64,000 nt of DNA from Candidatus Nealsonbacteria bacterium (GCA_016188865.1 JACPGX010000001.1:13197-77196); one strand, 5' to 3'. Positions 1 to 8,636 are shown, numbered from the stretch's first letter. Translations and numbers: made by a program. The notes: generated by a model from the letters alone, not told the origin.

Positions 1-224
1 GCGTGATTCTTAAGACCGATGATTCTAATCAGAGTTCTAATGGATCTGGCAGTAGAACCTTCGCGGCCTACCACTTGACCCATGTCTTCGGGGTGGACTC
101 TTAAAGAGAGCAACACGCCCATTTCGTCAACCTTCCTCTCAACTTTGACGTCTGAAGGATGATCGACTATAGACTTGACGACATACTCGAGAAACTCTAA
201 ATCTTGAGTTTTCTTTTCTGCCAT
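1..224 (-). CDS. KH-domain RNA-binding protein (UPF0109/YlqC-like), C-terminus outside window
   Basis: Not in ORF track (truncated). Minus-strand ATG at 224-222 gives MAEKKTQDLEFLEYVVKSIVDHPSDVKVERKVDEMGVLLSLRVHPEDMGQVVGREGSTARSIRTLIRIIGLKNH..., typical small KH (GxxG) protein. Confidence 0.8.
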   Translation of the reverse strand, partial: MAEKKTQDLEFLEYVVKSIVDHPSDVKVERKVDEMGVLLSLRVHPEDMGQVVGREGSTARSIRTLIRIIGLKNH

Positions 225-397
225 ATAATCTGTTCGATTCTTTAATCGTTAATTAATCTTTCTGATAATCGACCTTTAGCTTTACTAACAATACATTATA
301 CTCCTATTAAAAAACTTGTCAAGTGGAACGTAATATTTGCTTTCGTAAATAAACGTTCCAACAGCGTTTAAATTTTCTATGAAAATTCATTACGCTG

Positions 398-470
398 TGC
401 GCGCGGAAGGAATCGGACCTTCTACCTCCTCATTATCAGTGAGGCGTTCTAACCGGTGAACTACGCGCGC
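398..470 (-). tRNA. tRNA-Ile(GAU)
   Basis: Minus strand folds as GCGCGCG-TA-GTTC-ACCGGTTA-GAAC-G-CCTCA-CTGATAA-TGAGG-AGGTA-GAAGG-TCCGATT-CCTTC-CGCGCGC-A; 73 nt, no encoded CCA. Confidence 0.9.
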
Positions 471-499
471 ATCGTCAATGTTTATTCTATCATAAAAAC

Positions 500-526
500 A
501 AAAAGCCTGTAAAGTTTAGGCTTTTT
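500..526. terminator. A/T-flanked hairpin between 16S trailer and tRNA-Ile (possible bidirectional terminator/processing hairpin)
   Basis: aaaagcct(501-508)/aggctttt(518-525) stem with A-run before and T-run after. Confidence 0.4.
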
Positions 527-538
527 GTTTATATTTTA

Positions 539-557
539 GTTCTTTAGAGTTGCCTCG
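539..557 (-). other. 3' half of 19-bp 16S precursor processing stem
   Basis: gttctttagagttgcctcg is the exact reverse complement of 3469-3487; brackets the whole 16S gene as in RNase III processing stems. Confidence 0.75.
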
Positions 558-699
558 GATCGATCTTTATAAGGCGTTCGATCAATGCCTTAAAGTTGAA
601 AACAGAATTCTCGGTCTTCAACATTAGTCAACACTCCTTACTTAAAAAGTAAGTAAAATTATATGATCCACGGACAGCTTCCGCTACCCGTGCCTTGTT

Positions 700-1139
700 C
701 ATGTTTCCCCCTATATCGCTATAAGGCATGGACTATATCTTCATCCTCTTTTTTAACGTCTTAATCTTTCTCGGGTGCCAAGATCCTATTATTGTCACAA
801 ATTTCTCTTGCGAATGCGCTAAAATAAACATTCGCCAATAATCAGGGTCTATCTTTCTGCTGGGGTTATAAATCTTTCCGGTATTGGAACTGAAAGTTTC
901 ATCATGAAGTGCTCCAAGAAGATAAGCTTTAATTTCTTTTTTACTAAGAGGAGCTTGGCGTGTAGTCTCTGAGGGATCCCGCTTCGCGGGACTTCCCTGC
1001 TGATTTTCTGCACTGAAAACATTCTTACGCATATTAATTTATTTTAACATACGTAGTTTCAGATACACAGATGTTCCAGCAAATAGCCAAGTTTTTACCG
1101 AAAATTACTTTTCGGAGTCGCAACGTGCAGTTTGCACCG
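700..1139 (-). mobile_element. 16S insertion/intron 2 (~440 nt) between GAAGTCGT and AACAAGG
   Basis: Conserved 16S sequence is interrupted exactly between ..GAAGTCGT (ends 1140) and AACAAGG.. (starts 699); contains 99-aa ORF. Confidence 0.75.
733..1032 (-). CDS. intron-borne ORF, possibly a degenerate LAGLIDADG-like endonuclease remnant
   Basis: ORF track 99 aa; only weak motif KAYLLGALHDETF resembling a LAGLIDADG helix; lies wholly in 16S insertion 2. Confidence 0.35.
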   Translation of the reverse strand: MRKNVFSAENQQGSPAKRDPSETTRQAPLSKKEIKAYLLGALHDETFSSNTGKIYNPSRKIDPDYWRMFILAHSQEKFVTIIGSWHPRKIKTLKKRMKI

Positions 1140-1220
1140 ACGACTTCGTCCCTCTCACCGAGCTTAGCTTGATACCCCTTGCAGGGTGCTTTGGCTACTC
1201 CCGGCTCGCTTGACGTGACG

Positions 1221-2095
1221 GATTGAGATCATTGAGTCTATGTCTCGTTCCCAGTTCGATTTTCTATCGAACTCTTAATTTTCCATATTAAGACTGAACG
1301 AACGGATTTCCCGTATTCAGCGAGTCCAAAAAATATGCATTTCTTTTTTCCATTGCTTAATCTGTTCAAGTCCATTTTTTGTTTGATGCCTTTTTTTTAT
1401 CACAGCATCCACGATTTTCTTAAATAATCTGAAGTCGTGAATCTTATTACCTTCTAAAGGATTGGCATCGAAAAATGGTATGATGATTTCTCGAATCTCT
1501 TGAAGTTGTGTTGTTTCGTAGCGGTAGCAATTATGATGATTCGGACGACGATCTTTTTGGAAAGAGATGCGTCCTACCCCGAAGAATTGTTTCACCTTTT
1601 TTAAAAGAGGCAAATCATCTTCCCGTAGTTTTACATAATAATGGCATTCCACTCGATAATTCTTTGCACCATGCTTTTTACTAGGCGGACGGATATAGGC
1701 AGTAAAACTGCCCTCCCCGTCGGTTAGACCAACAATGTAATTTTTCGAAATCATACTTTTTGGTTAGGCCCTTCCCCGTCACAACTTCTTAACGAAGATG
1801 TTGGCGGGTACTATGGCGCTAGCTGACTTCCTAGAACTGTAAGGACTCTATTTCTAGGATATCCCCGGGTAATTTATTCTGCTCTTCCGAGCATCCTATA
1901 AGAAAAATTGATGGACTTCCTTCTGACCGCCCGCAGAAGTCGTTCAATTTCTTTATGATATCATAGGCTGCTCTTTGCCTCAAGCCCTCTGCCCTGAACC
2001 CTTACGAGTCAGGACTGCTATTTTTTTGGCTACCCTGTTTTGCAGGGACAGGATTTTAACCTGTTAGTAGAATAAACCGCCGGGCACAGTTGTTT
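1221..2095 (-). mobile_element. 16S insertion/intron 1 (~875 nt) in the decoding-centre (~1400) region, carries homing endonuclease gene
   Basis: 16S reads ..GTACTCACCGCC (ends 2096) then resumes CGTCACGTCAAG at 1220; boundary ambiguous by 1 nt. Confidence 0.8.
1317..1754 (-). CDS. LAGLIDADG homing endonuclease (single-motif)
   Basis: 145 aa, N-terminal YIVGLTDGEGSF motif; located inside 16S insertion 1. Confidence 0.85.
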   Translation of the reverse strand: MISKNYIVGLTDGEGSFTAYIRPPSKKHGAKNYRVECHYYVKLREDDLPLLKKVKQFFGVGRISFQKDRRPNHHNCYRYETTQLQEIREIIIPFFDANPLEGNKIHDFRLFKKIVDAVIKKRHQTKNGLEQIKQWKKEMHIFWTR

Positions 2096-3468
2096 GGCGG
2101 TGAGTACAAGATTCAGGAACGTATTCATCGCCACATAGCTGATTGGCGATTACTAGCGATTCCGGCTTCATGAGGTCGAGTTTCAGACCTCAATCTGAAC
2201 TGGGGAGCCGTTTGATGCGATTAGCTCCAGCTTGCGCTTTAGCAACGCATTGTCGGCTCCATTGTATCATGTGTGCGGCCCAGGATGTCAAAGGGCCACG
2301 CTGATCTGGCGTCATCCCCACCTTCCTCCTGGTTGTCCCAGGCAGTCTCCTGTGACAGATAAAACACAGGATAGGGGTTGCGCATGTTATCCCATTTAAG
2401 GATGCGTCTCAAGATACATGCTGACGACGACCGTGCAGCACCTGCCACGCCGTCCTTGTGAGAAGTCCCAATTTTCATCGGGATTTCGTCGTGGTTTCTA
2501 ACCCTGGTAAGGTTCTTCGTTTGTTGTCGAATTAAGCCACATGATCCACCGCTTGTGTGAATCCCCGTCTATTCCTTTGAGTTTTAGTGTTGCCACCGTA
2601 CTTCCCAGGCGGGACACTTAACGCGTTAGCTTCGCCACTTGAAGGGTCGACACTTCAAATAGCCAGTGTCCATAGTTTACAGCGTGGACTACAAGGGTAT
2701 CTAATCCTTATCGCTCCCCACGCTTTCGTCCCTCAGTGTCAGGATCGTCCCAGCTGACTGCCTTCGCTTTTGGTGTTCCGCACGATATCAACGGATTTCA
2801 CCCCTACACCGTGCGTTCCGTCAGCCTCTAACGTCCTCGATTCTGCCAGTTTTTTCTGCAGCTCCCAGGTTGAGCCCGAGAGATTTAACAGAAAACTTAA
2901 CAAAAAACCTACGGACCCTTTACGCCCAATAAATCCGGATAACGCTCGAGGTCTCTGTATTACCGCTGCTGCTGGCACAGAGTTAGCAACCTCTTATTCC
3001 ACCAGTACAATCAGCCTTGCGGCTTTCTCCTGGTGAAAAGTAGTTTACAAACCTAAGTCCTTCTTCCTACACGCGGCGTCGCTCGATCAGGGTTTCCCCC
3101 ATTGTCGAATATTCTCGACTGCTGCCTCCCGTAGGAGTATGGGCCATGTCGCAGTCCCATTGTTGGGGGTCGCGCTCTCACGCCCCCTACCCGTCATAGC
3201 CTTGGTGGGCCATTACCTCACCAACTAGCTGATAGGCCGCAGACCCATCCCATTCCCCCTAAGCCTTACGGCCGGGTTTACCCTTGCGGGACTATCGGGA
3301 ATTAACCAACCTTTCGGCTGGTTGTGCCCGTGAATGGGGTTGGTATCTACGTGTTACTAACCCATTTGCCGGTTGCCCTTGCGGGCCCCCATGACTTGCA
3401 TGCCTTATCCACGCCGCCAGCGTTCATCCTGAGCTAGGATCAAACTCTCAAAAAAAACTTAATTTTTT

Positions 3469-3487
3469 CGAGGCAACTCTAAAGAAC
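3469..3487 (-). other. 5' half of 19-bp 16S precursor processing stem
   Basis: cgaggcaactctaaagaac, exact complement of 539-557. Confidence 0.75.
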
Positions 3488-3721
3488 TAATTAAATTAAC
3501 TTACTAAAACTTCCCGATTTCATCATTGATGAAATCGCGGATCCTCGACCCTCGATTAAAGTCAGGGTCGGGACATTGGATTTTCAAAGATCTTCCCTTC
3601 GGCTTCGCTCAGGGCAAGCCCTCTTTCAAACAAAACCAGGAAGACATCTTCCTGGAAATATATCAGGATGTCTTCTTTATTCAGTTTTGCTTATTCATTA
3701 TTCAATCATATTCTATCTTGT

Positions 3722-3749
3722 ATTATATGCCTTCCCAAAATACTGTCAA
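3722..3749 (-). promoter_or_regulatory. rRNA promoter (TTGACA-16-TATAAT)
   Basis: Minus strand cTTGACAgtattttgggaaggcaTATAATacaag; -35 at 3749-3744, -10 at 3727-3722; ~260-nt hairpin-rich leader to 16S. Confidence 0.7.
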
Positions 3750-3765
3750 GAGTCGGTCAATCGGT

Positions 3766-3801
3766 CAAAAAGAAAAGGCGTTCTGTTGCCAAAACGCCTT
3801 T
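3766..3801 (-). terminator. intrinsic terminator of 3818-5889 operon
   Basis: aaaggcgtt/aacgccttt stem (3774-3801) followed on minus strand by TTTTCTTTTT. Confidence 0.7.
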
Positions 3802-3817
3802 ATATTTTTTTTCATTT

Positions 3818-4447
3818 TTATTTAGATGGGAGCACTTTTAACGGCTCCATAGTTCCGCTTTCGTAAGCCTTAAGAGCGTCCGGAGCAAGAACAATGCGAT
3901 ACATTCTATCCCGGGCCTCAACGCCCTTCAAAGATTGATCCCCAATTCTGGCCTCTAATCTTGAACTCGGAAAGCCAAGCATTCTTACCGCCTGACTTTT
4001 CACTATTCCTGTTTCTCGCCAGGAATCATATGCTCTCAGCATATCGAGCAATTTGCTTTGCGTTGCCCGATAGCCTTCTCGGCCAGCTGCAACATAATTC
4101 ACGACTTTATCGTAGACATCCAAACCAGCCAGATTCGGGTAAGCTTCCATAATGCCGGTGAAAAAAGATGAACCGACATTGAAACCGCCCTTATCGTAGC
4201 GTCCTCTTACCGCATCGGAAAGAATTTGATCTAATTTCTCCGACTTCAAGTTCGCTATTCCCAACTGCTCGTAAAATCCGCTTACATAAGCCGAGAGATA
4301 ATTCTGATTATCAAGGTACTGGGCAGTCAAACGGGTTTCGTGTTGGATACCATCATTTCTTACCCCATTCACCCAGCCGTAAAGACTTAGGCCTACAATA
4401 AGAATTATCGCGACAAATATGCCAAGACCGATTAGAACCCCTTTCAT
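3818..4447 (-). CDS. membrane-anchored protein of unknown function
   Basis: 209 aa; single N-terminal TM (GVLIGLGIFVAIILIVGLSLYGW); AGGAGGAG SD upstream of ATG. Confidence 0.7.
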   Translation of the reverse strand: MKGVLIGLGIFVAIILIVGLSLYGWVNGVRNDGIQHETRLTAQYLDNQNYLSAYVSGFYEQLGIANLKSEKLDQILSDAVRGRYDKGGFNVGSSFFTGIMEAYPNLAGLDVYDKVVNYVAAGREGYRATQSKLLDMLRAYDSWRETGIVKSQAVRMLGFPSSRLEARIGDQSLKGVEARDRMYRIVLAPDALKAYESGTMEPLKVLPSK

Positions 4448-4488
4448 TCGCTTTCTCCTCCTTTTCGTTTTTTTTTGATTTTATTTCC

Positions 4489-5889
4489 TTACGGAGTTTT
4501 TCTCCATGTGCGCTCTCCCACCGCGATGAAAACCAGCCAAACAGGCAGGCAAACCAGAAAAGTGACAAAAAGAATCCAAAATTTCTGCTTTCCAGTCGGC
4601 TCAATTTCACCGGAAAGATAATTAAAATCCTTCATGCTGACTCTATTAAATTTTGTCTGCGGCTTATCGAGTCCCCAGATGATTCTTTCAAGCGCTCCGC
4701 CATTATGCACTCCCCGTATTTTAATCTTTTTTGAGCCATCGTCTTGCGCTGCCGTATAAAATTCTCCATTAACTGTTCCGATTACTGCATCCGGGGTCAA
4801 GGGAACATTCTCCCAAGGAAAATTACGTATCGCCACTATCATTTGTTCATTGCCTAGAGGCATTCCGGTAACCGCCCTCACCCATGCAACAGAATCGCCG
4901 TTTTTTGTCCCAACTACGACAATAATGCTATTTTTACTGATAGCATCGTCGCCAAAAACATCTTTGTTATGCCAATAAGCTTTCAAAGCAAGCAAGTAAG
5001 CGTCGGGATTGGCAGATATAGTTTCGTTCTGGACAATAACCAAATGGAGATCGCCTTGGAGTTCCATTCCTAAAGCTGCGTTGAAATACATTAAGTTCCT
5101 CTGCCAATCTCCGGCATCTTTTGGCGTATAACCGATAAACTGCGCCTTATCAGCATAGTACATATCAACAATATTGCTCTTTACCGGTGGAAGAAGTTTT
5201 AATGCATTGAACCGCTCAATTTCCGAAGAATATTGTTTCAAAATTGTCTGATCGCTTGCCAAAAGATAATTCTGATAAGTCATCCTCTTTGTGACTGGCC
5301 CGGGTTTTCCCGCGTCAAGCCGCGCTTTTACGGCCGACCAAAAAGTTGGAAAACCGCTTCCGGCTCTGTTAATCGCGTATTGAGGTATCGGTTCATATGA
5401 ACGCCAGCGATGCGCTTGCGGATTTTCCGGAAAACGATACGAATCGATAGAGTAAAACCCCAAAGTCGTATCCACGCCGAATGTCCACTCTTCGTTAGCA
5501 TATGGACAATTATGGTATCGCGTTTCAGCGCGATACTGGGTCGTGCAGTTATTTTTACTATCGCATACAGTATACGGCACCATTACCACATATGGATCGC
5601 AGGAATATGTGTTTCGACAGGGGCCGTCGCGAGAACAAGGAATCACCGTCCAAACTGCTTCTTTTTCCCAGCCATTCCAATACTCATTAAAAGAAAGATT
5701 ATTGGATTTGGCAATTTTCCATCCTATGGCTGTTACCGACGGAACAAGCGCTATACTGATAACAAGTATTCCGATGAGATATTCTTTCCATGTAATATTG
5801 TTATGATTTTTCGTTAAATCAAAAACAAATTTCAAAATAAGGCCCGCTAATCCTGTGGCAATAATAGAAAAAATCATCAAGGAAATCAT
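4489..5889 (-). CDS. Cys-rich integral membrane protein of unknown function
   Basis: 466 aa; two N-terminal and one C-terminal TM segments, Cys-rich ectodomain; GGAGGTG SD; co-oriented with 3818-4447. Confidence 0.7.
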   Translation of the reverse strand: MISLMIFSIIATGLAGLILKFVFDLTKNHNNITWKEYLIGILVISIALVPSVTAIGWKIAKSNNLSFNEYWNGWEKEAVWTVIPCSRDGPCRNTYSCDPYVVMVPYTVCDSKNNCTTQYRAETRYHNCPYANEEWTFGVDTTLGFYSIDSYRFPENPQAHRWRSYEPIPQYAINRAGSGFPTFWSAVKARLDAGKPGPVTKRMTYQNYLLASDQTILKQYSSEIERFNALKLLPPVKSNIVDMYYADKAQFIGYTPKDAGDWQRNLMYFNAALGMELQGDLHLVIVQNETISANPDAYLLALKAYWHNKDVFGDDAISKNSIIVVVGTKNGDSVAWVRAVTGMPLGNEQMIVAIRNFPWENVPLTPDAVIGTVNGEFYTAAQDDGSKKIKIRGVHNGGALERIIWGLDKPQTKFNRVSMKDFNYLSGEIEPTGKQKFWILFVTFLVCLPVWLVFIAVGERTWRKTP

Positions 5890-5956
5890 AAAACACCTCC
5901 GCTGCAGAATATTGTTAAATAGCTAAATTAGTATAACAAATTTGTTTATTTTGTCA

Positions 5957-6137
5957 AGCCGGAGAGAGGATTTGAACCCCCGACCTTCGCTTTACAAAAG
6001 CGTTGCCCCGCCTGCCAAAGCCTGAGCCGATGGTCGGATTTGAACCGACGACCTACTGTTTACAAAACAGTTGCTCTACCACTGAGCTACATCGGCTTAG
6101 GCTATGGCGGGCAGGTCTACCGCTGAGCTACTCCGGC
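5957..6137 (-). pseudogene. outer tRNA-Thr(UGU)-like gene interrupted in the D arm by a 109-nt insertion containing an intact tRNA-Thr
   Basis: GCCGGAG-TA-GCTC-AGCGGTA-GA [insertion 6115-6007] GC-A-ACGCT-TTTGTAA-AGCGA-AGGTC-GGGGG-TTCAAAT-CCTCT-CTCCGGC-T; acceptor halves 6137-6131 and 5964-5958 are complementary. Confidence 0.6.
6025..6096 (-). tRNA. tRNA-Thr(UGU)
   Basis: GCCGATG-TA-GCTC-AGTGGTA-GAGC-A-ACTGT-TTTGTAA-ACAGT-AGGTC-GTCGG-TTCAAAT-CCGAC-CATCGGC-T, 72 nt. Confidence 0.9.
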
Positions 6138-6141
6138 AGCA

Positions 6142-6495
6142 TCACAACTGCTTTCCGTCTTTGACCTTTTTGAGTTTGTCCCAATATTCGCCGTTGCTAT
6201 GGCCGTTGTGGCCGTTTCTTCTTTGGCGCAGCCACGTCAGCCAGTTGCCTGTTTTACTTTCTGTTTTAAGGGTTAAAACCCTAACCCTGGAAAGTATTTT
6301 TTCCAAATAAAGTTCGTAATCGAACTTTTGAGATCCTGGGATGCTTTTAACGCCTTTTTTGAGTATTGAAATAATTGGCCACTTCGGGAAATCATCTCCG
6401 GGCAGTTCAAGCAAGCTGGGTATTTTCTTAAATAAAATAAAACCTATGCCCAGCAAACTAAAAAATGAAAGTAATGCTAAAATAATTTCTAACAT
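6142..6495 (-). CDS. small membrane protein, unknown function
   Basis: 117 aa, N-terminal TM, overlaps tsf stop by 7 nt. Confidence 0.6.
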   Translation of the reverse strand: MLEIILALLSFFSLLGIGFILFKKIPSLLELPGDDFPKWPIISILKKGVKSIPGSQKFDYELYLEKILSRVRVLTLKTESKTGNWLTWLRQRRNGHNGHSNGEYWDKLKKVKDGKQL

Positions 6496-6956
6496 TCGTT
6501 CGAATATTTTATAAGAGAATATCTAATATATCTTTTAATAGAGATATTTTCGCCAATTTTTGCAATGTTGTCATCTACTAATTCCCTGATTTTTTTGGAT
6601 TCGTCTTTAATCCACGGCTGTTCTGAAAGCGGTACGGCCTCATCGCTAAATCCAGCTATTTGCAAACATAATTCATGAGATAAATTCTGGAAGTCGGCTG
6701 ATCTGGCCACAAAATCTGTTTCGCAATTTAATTCTAAAAGCACGCCGACTTTCTTATTGGGATGGATATAGCTGTCTATAATTCCCTGATGGGTTTCTCT
6801 TGCTTTTTTCTTTTCAGCAAGTTCTTTGCCCCATTTTTTAAGAATCTCTTTGGCTTTATTAAAATCTCCACTAGCTTCTTCAAGCGCCTTTTTGCATTCA
6901 CCAACAGAAACTTCAGTTTCTTCTCTTAATTTTTTAATTGTATCAATGCTGACCAT
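6489..6956 (-). CDS. tsf: elongation factor Ts (short form)
   Basis: 155 aa; UBA-like N-terminus IKKLREETEVSVGECKKALEEASGDFNKAKEIL and ..VGVLLELNCETDFVARS motif; downstream of rpsB. Confidence 0.85.
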   Translation of the reverse strand: MVSIDTIKKLREETEVSVGECKKALEEASGDFNKAKEILKKWGKELAEKKKARETHQGIIDSYIHPNKKVGVLLELNCETDFVARSADFQNLSHELCLQIAGFSDEAVPLSEQPWIKDESKKIRELVDDNIAKIGENISIKRYIRYSLIKYSNEC

Positions 6957-6962
6957 ATTTTA

Positions 6963-7661
6963 TTATTTATTTTGTTTTTTGGGCTTTGTCCCTAAAACCG
7001 CTTCTTTTACTTTTTCTAATATATATCTCACCGAGCTGGCAGCGTCATCATTAGCCGGAATAAAATAATCTGCCTGAGAGGGGTCAATATTCGTATCGGA
7101 AATACCGATAACCGTAATTCCCTTGGCCTTTGCTTCCCTAACCGCTAATTTATCCTTTTTCATGTCGCATACAAAAATGACATCGGGCAGCTGCTGCAAA
7201 TTCTTGATGCCGCTGAATTTTTTCTCCAAATCCTGAAGCTCTTTATCGAAGTTGGCCCGTTCTTTTTTGGTGTATTTTTCCAGCTCGCCAGTTGCTTTTT
7301 TGTTTTCTATATCTTTATAGTATTCAATTCTCTTAAGAATATTATGAAAATTAGTAAATGTGCCGCCCAGCCACCTCTCGGAAACATAAGGCAAGCCGCA
7401 TTCTTCGGCTGTTTTTTTCACTAAATCTTTAATTTGAATTTTTGTCCCTACCAGTAAAATCATTTTATTGTCAGAAATCATCTTGACAATTAAATCTAAA
7501 ACTTCCTGTAGTTTTTCTTTTGTTTTATCCAAATCAAAAATATGAACGCCGTTTCTTGCGCCGAAAATATACGGTTTCATTTTGGGGTGAATTTTTGATG
7601 TTTTATGCCCAAAATACAAACCCGCTTGCGCCATTTGTTCTGTATCTAGTGTTTTGGCCAT
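6963..7661 (-). CDS. rpsB: 30S ribosomal protein S2
   Basis: ..AGLYFGHKTSKIHPKMKPYIFGARNGVHIFDL..; ORF-track start 7679 is TTG; ATG at 7661 sits 8 nt after a -10 box. Confidence 0.9.
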   Translation of the reverse strand: MAKTLDTEQMAQAGLYFGHKTSKIHPKMKPYIFGARNGVHIFDLDKTKEKLQEVLDLIVKMISDNKMILLVGTKIQIKDLVKKTAEECGLPYVSERWLGGTFTNFHNILKRIEYYKDIENKKATGELEKYTKKERANFDKELQDLEKKFSGIKNLQQLPDVIFVCDMKKDKLAVREAKAKGITVIGISDTNIDPSQADYFIPANDDAASSVRYILEKVKEAVLGTKPKKQNK

Positions 7662-7669
7662 CAATTTTG

Positions 7670-7698
7670 AATATACCAAAAACTCAACAAGTAGTCAA
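7670..7698 (-). promoter_or_regulatory. rpsB promoter, leaderless geometry
   Basis: Minus strand TTGACT-17-TATATT then 8 nt to ATG(7661); no SD. Confidence 0.55.
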
Positions 7699-7712
7699 TA
7701 ATGTGATATAAT
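7684..7712 (+). promoter_or_regulatory. pyrH-like promoter, leaderless geometry
   Basis: TCAACA-17-TATAAT(7707-7712) then 7 nt to TTG start at 7720. Confidence 0.45.
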
Positions 7713-7719
7713 CAAATCA

Positions 7720-8412
7720 TTGAAGAAAAGAAATCCAACCATAGTTATAAGCTTGGGCGGGTCGATTATTGTGCCGGGGGAAATACAAGCAGAATTTATT
7801 AAAAATTTCAGGGATTTTATTTTTAAATTTTTGAAAAGGGGTTATAGGTTTATAATCGTAACTGGCGGAGGAAGCATTGCCAGGAATTATATCAAAGCTG
7901 CTTCGGAAATTACCAAAACTTCAGACGAAGATAAGGACTGGCTGGGAATTCACGCCACAAAGATAAATGCCCAGCTTATCAAAACTGTTTTCAAAAAGGT
8001 CGCTTATCCAACTATTTTAAGCAACCCGTTGAAGAAAATTAACGAAAGAAAATATCGGCTTTTTATCGCTTCCGGCTGGAAGCCGGGCTGGTCAACCGAC
8101 TACATTACGGTTTTGCTGGCTAAAAGATTTAAAGCTGATAAAATCATCAATGCTTCGAATATTGATTACGTCTACGATAAAAATCCTTTAACAGAAAAAA
8201 ATGCGCGGCCAATTAAAAAAATGGGCTGGAACGATTACCGCAAAATAATCGGCTCTAAATGGAAGCCGGGCATGAAGGCTCCCATTGATCCTGTTGCCGC
8301 TAAATTAGCTTCCAAACTAAAAATGGGCATTATTGTCGCAAGGGGCACAAATTTAAAAAATTTAGGAAACATCTTGACAAATAAAAAATTTAAAGGCACA
8401 ATGATCACATGA
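7720..8412 (+). CDS. pyrH: amino-acid-kinase family protein, archaeal-type UMP kinase-like
   Basis: 230 aa; [11 protein letters not shown] .. [14 protein letters not shown] motifs; TTG start. Confidence 0.7.
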   Translation: MKKRNPTIVISLGGSIIVPGEIQAEFIKNFRDFIFKFLKRGYRFIIVTGGGSIARNYIKAASEITKTSDEDKDWLGIHATKINAQLIKTVFKKVAYPTILSNPLKKINERKYRLFIASGWKPGWSTDYITVLLAKRFKADKIINASNIDYVYDKNPLTEKNARPIKKMGWNDYRKIIGSKWKPGMKAPIDPVAAKLASKLKMGIIVARGTNLKNLGNILTNKKFKGTMIT

Positions 8413-8636
8413 AAAAAGATATACACCCAAAATACTATTCCAATGCCAGAGTGCAGTGCGCTTGCGGAAATACTTTTACCGTTGGCTCGACAAAAGAGCT
8501 GATTGAAACGGAAATCTGCTCTGCCTGCCATCCTCTTTATACCGGCAAAGAGAAACTGATTGATACGATGGGCAGAGTGGAAAAATTCCGAAAGAGATTA
8601 GCCAAAGCTCAGAATGTCAAACATAGAAAGCATTAA
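8409..8636 (+). CDS. rpmE: 50S ribosomal protein L31
   Basis: [14 protein letters not shown]....T......E.CS.CHP.YTGK; ATGA overlap with upstream gene. Confidence 0.9.
   Translation: MKKDIHPKYYSNARVQCACGNTFTVGSTKELIETEICSACHPLYTGKEKLIDTMGRVEKFRKRLAKAQNVKHRKH

Larger units (their letters stand above)
664..3455 (-). rRNA. 16S rRNA gene in three exons (3455-2096, 1220-1140, 699-664)
   Basis: Minus strand reads AGAGTTTGATCCTAGCTCAGGATGAACGCTGGCGGC..GTGCCAGCAGCAGCGGTAATAC..GGATTAGATACCCTTGTAGTCC..CTTGTACTCACCGCC | CGTCACGTCAAGCGAGCC..GAAGTCGT | AACAAGGCACGGGTAGCGGAAGCTGTCCGTGGATCA; exon sum about 1.48 kb. Ends approximate. Confidence 0.9.

Noticed and set aside
2239-3036. ORFs 2239-2478(-), 2739-2978(-), 2770-3036(+)
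   Set aside because: They lie entirely within conserved 16S rRNA exon 1 and are rRNA-sequence artefacts.
3526-3866. ORFs 3526-3825(+) and 3576-3866(+)
   Set aside because: They fall in the hairpin-rich 16S leader/promoter region and have no SD or recognisable protein features. The region is better explained as rRNA leader plus the terminator of the 3818 operon.
3818-4447. LemA-family assignment for the 209-aa membrane protein
   Set aside because: Only the topology is similar (N-terminal TM plus a helical domain). The conserved LemA motifs are not seen.
4353-4610. 85-aa ORF bridging the 3818-4447 and 4489-5889 genes
   Set aside because: It overlaps both well-supported genes out of frame and has no independent signals.
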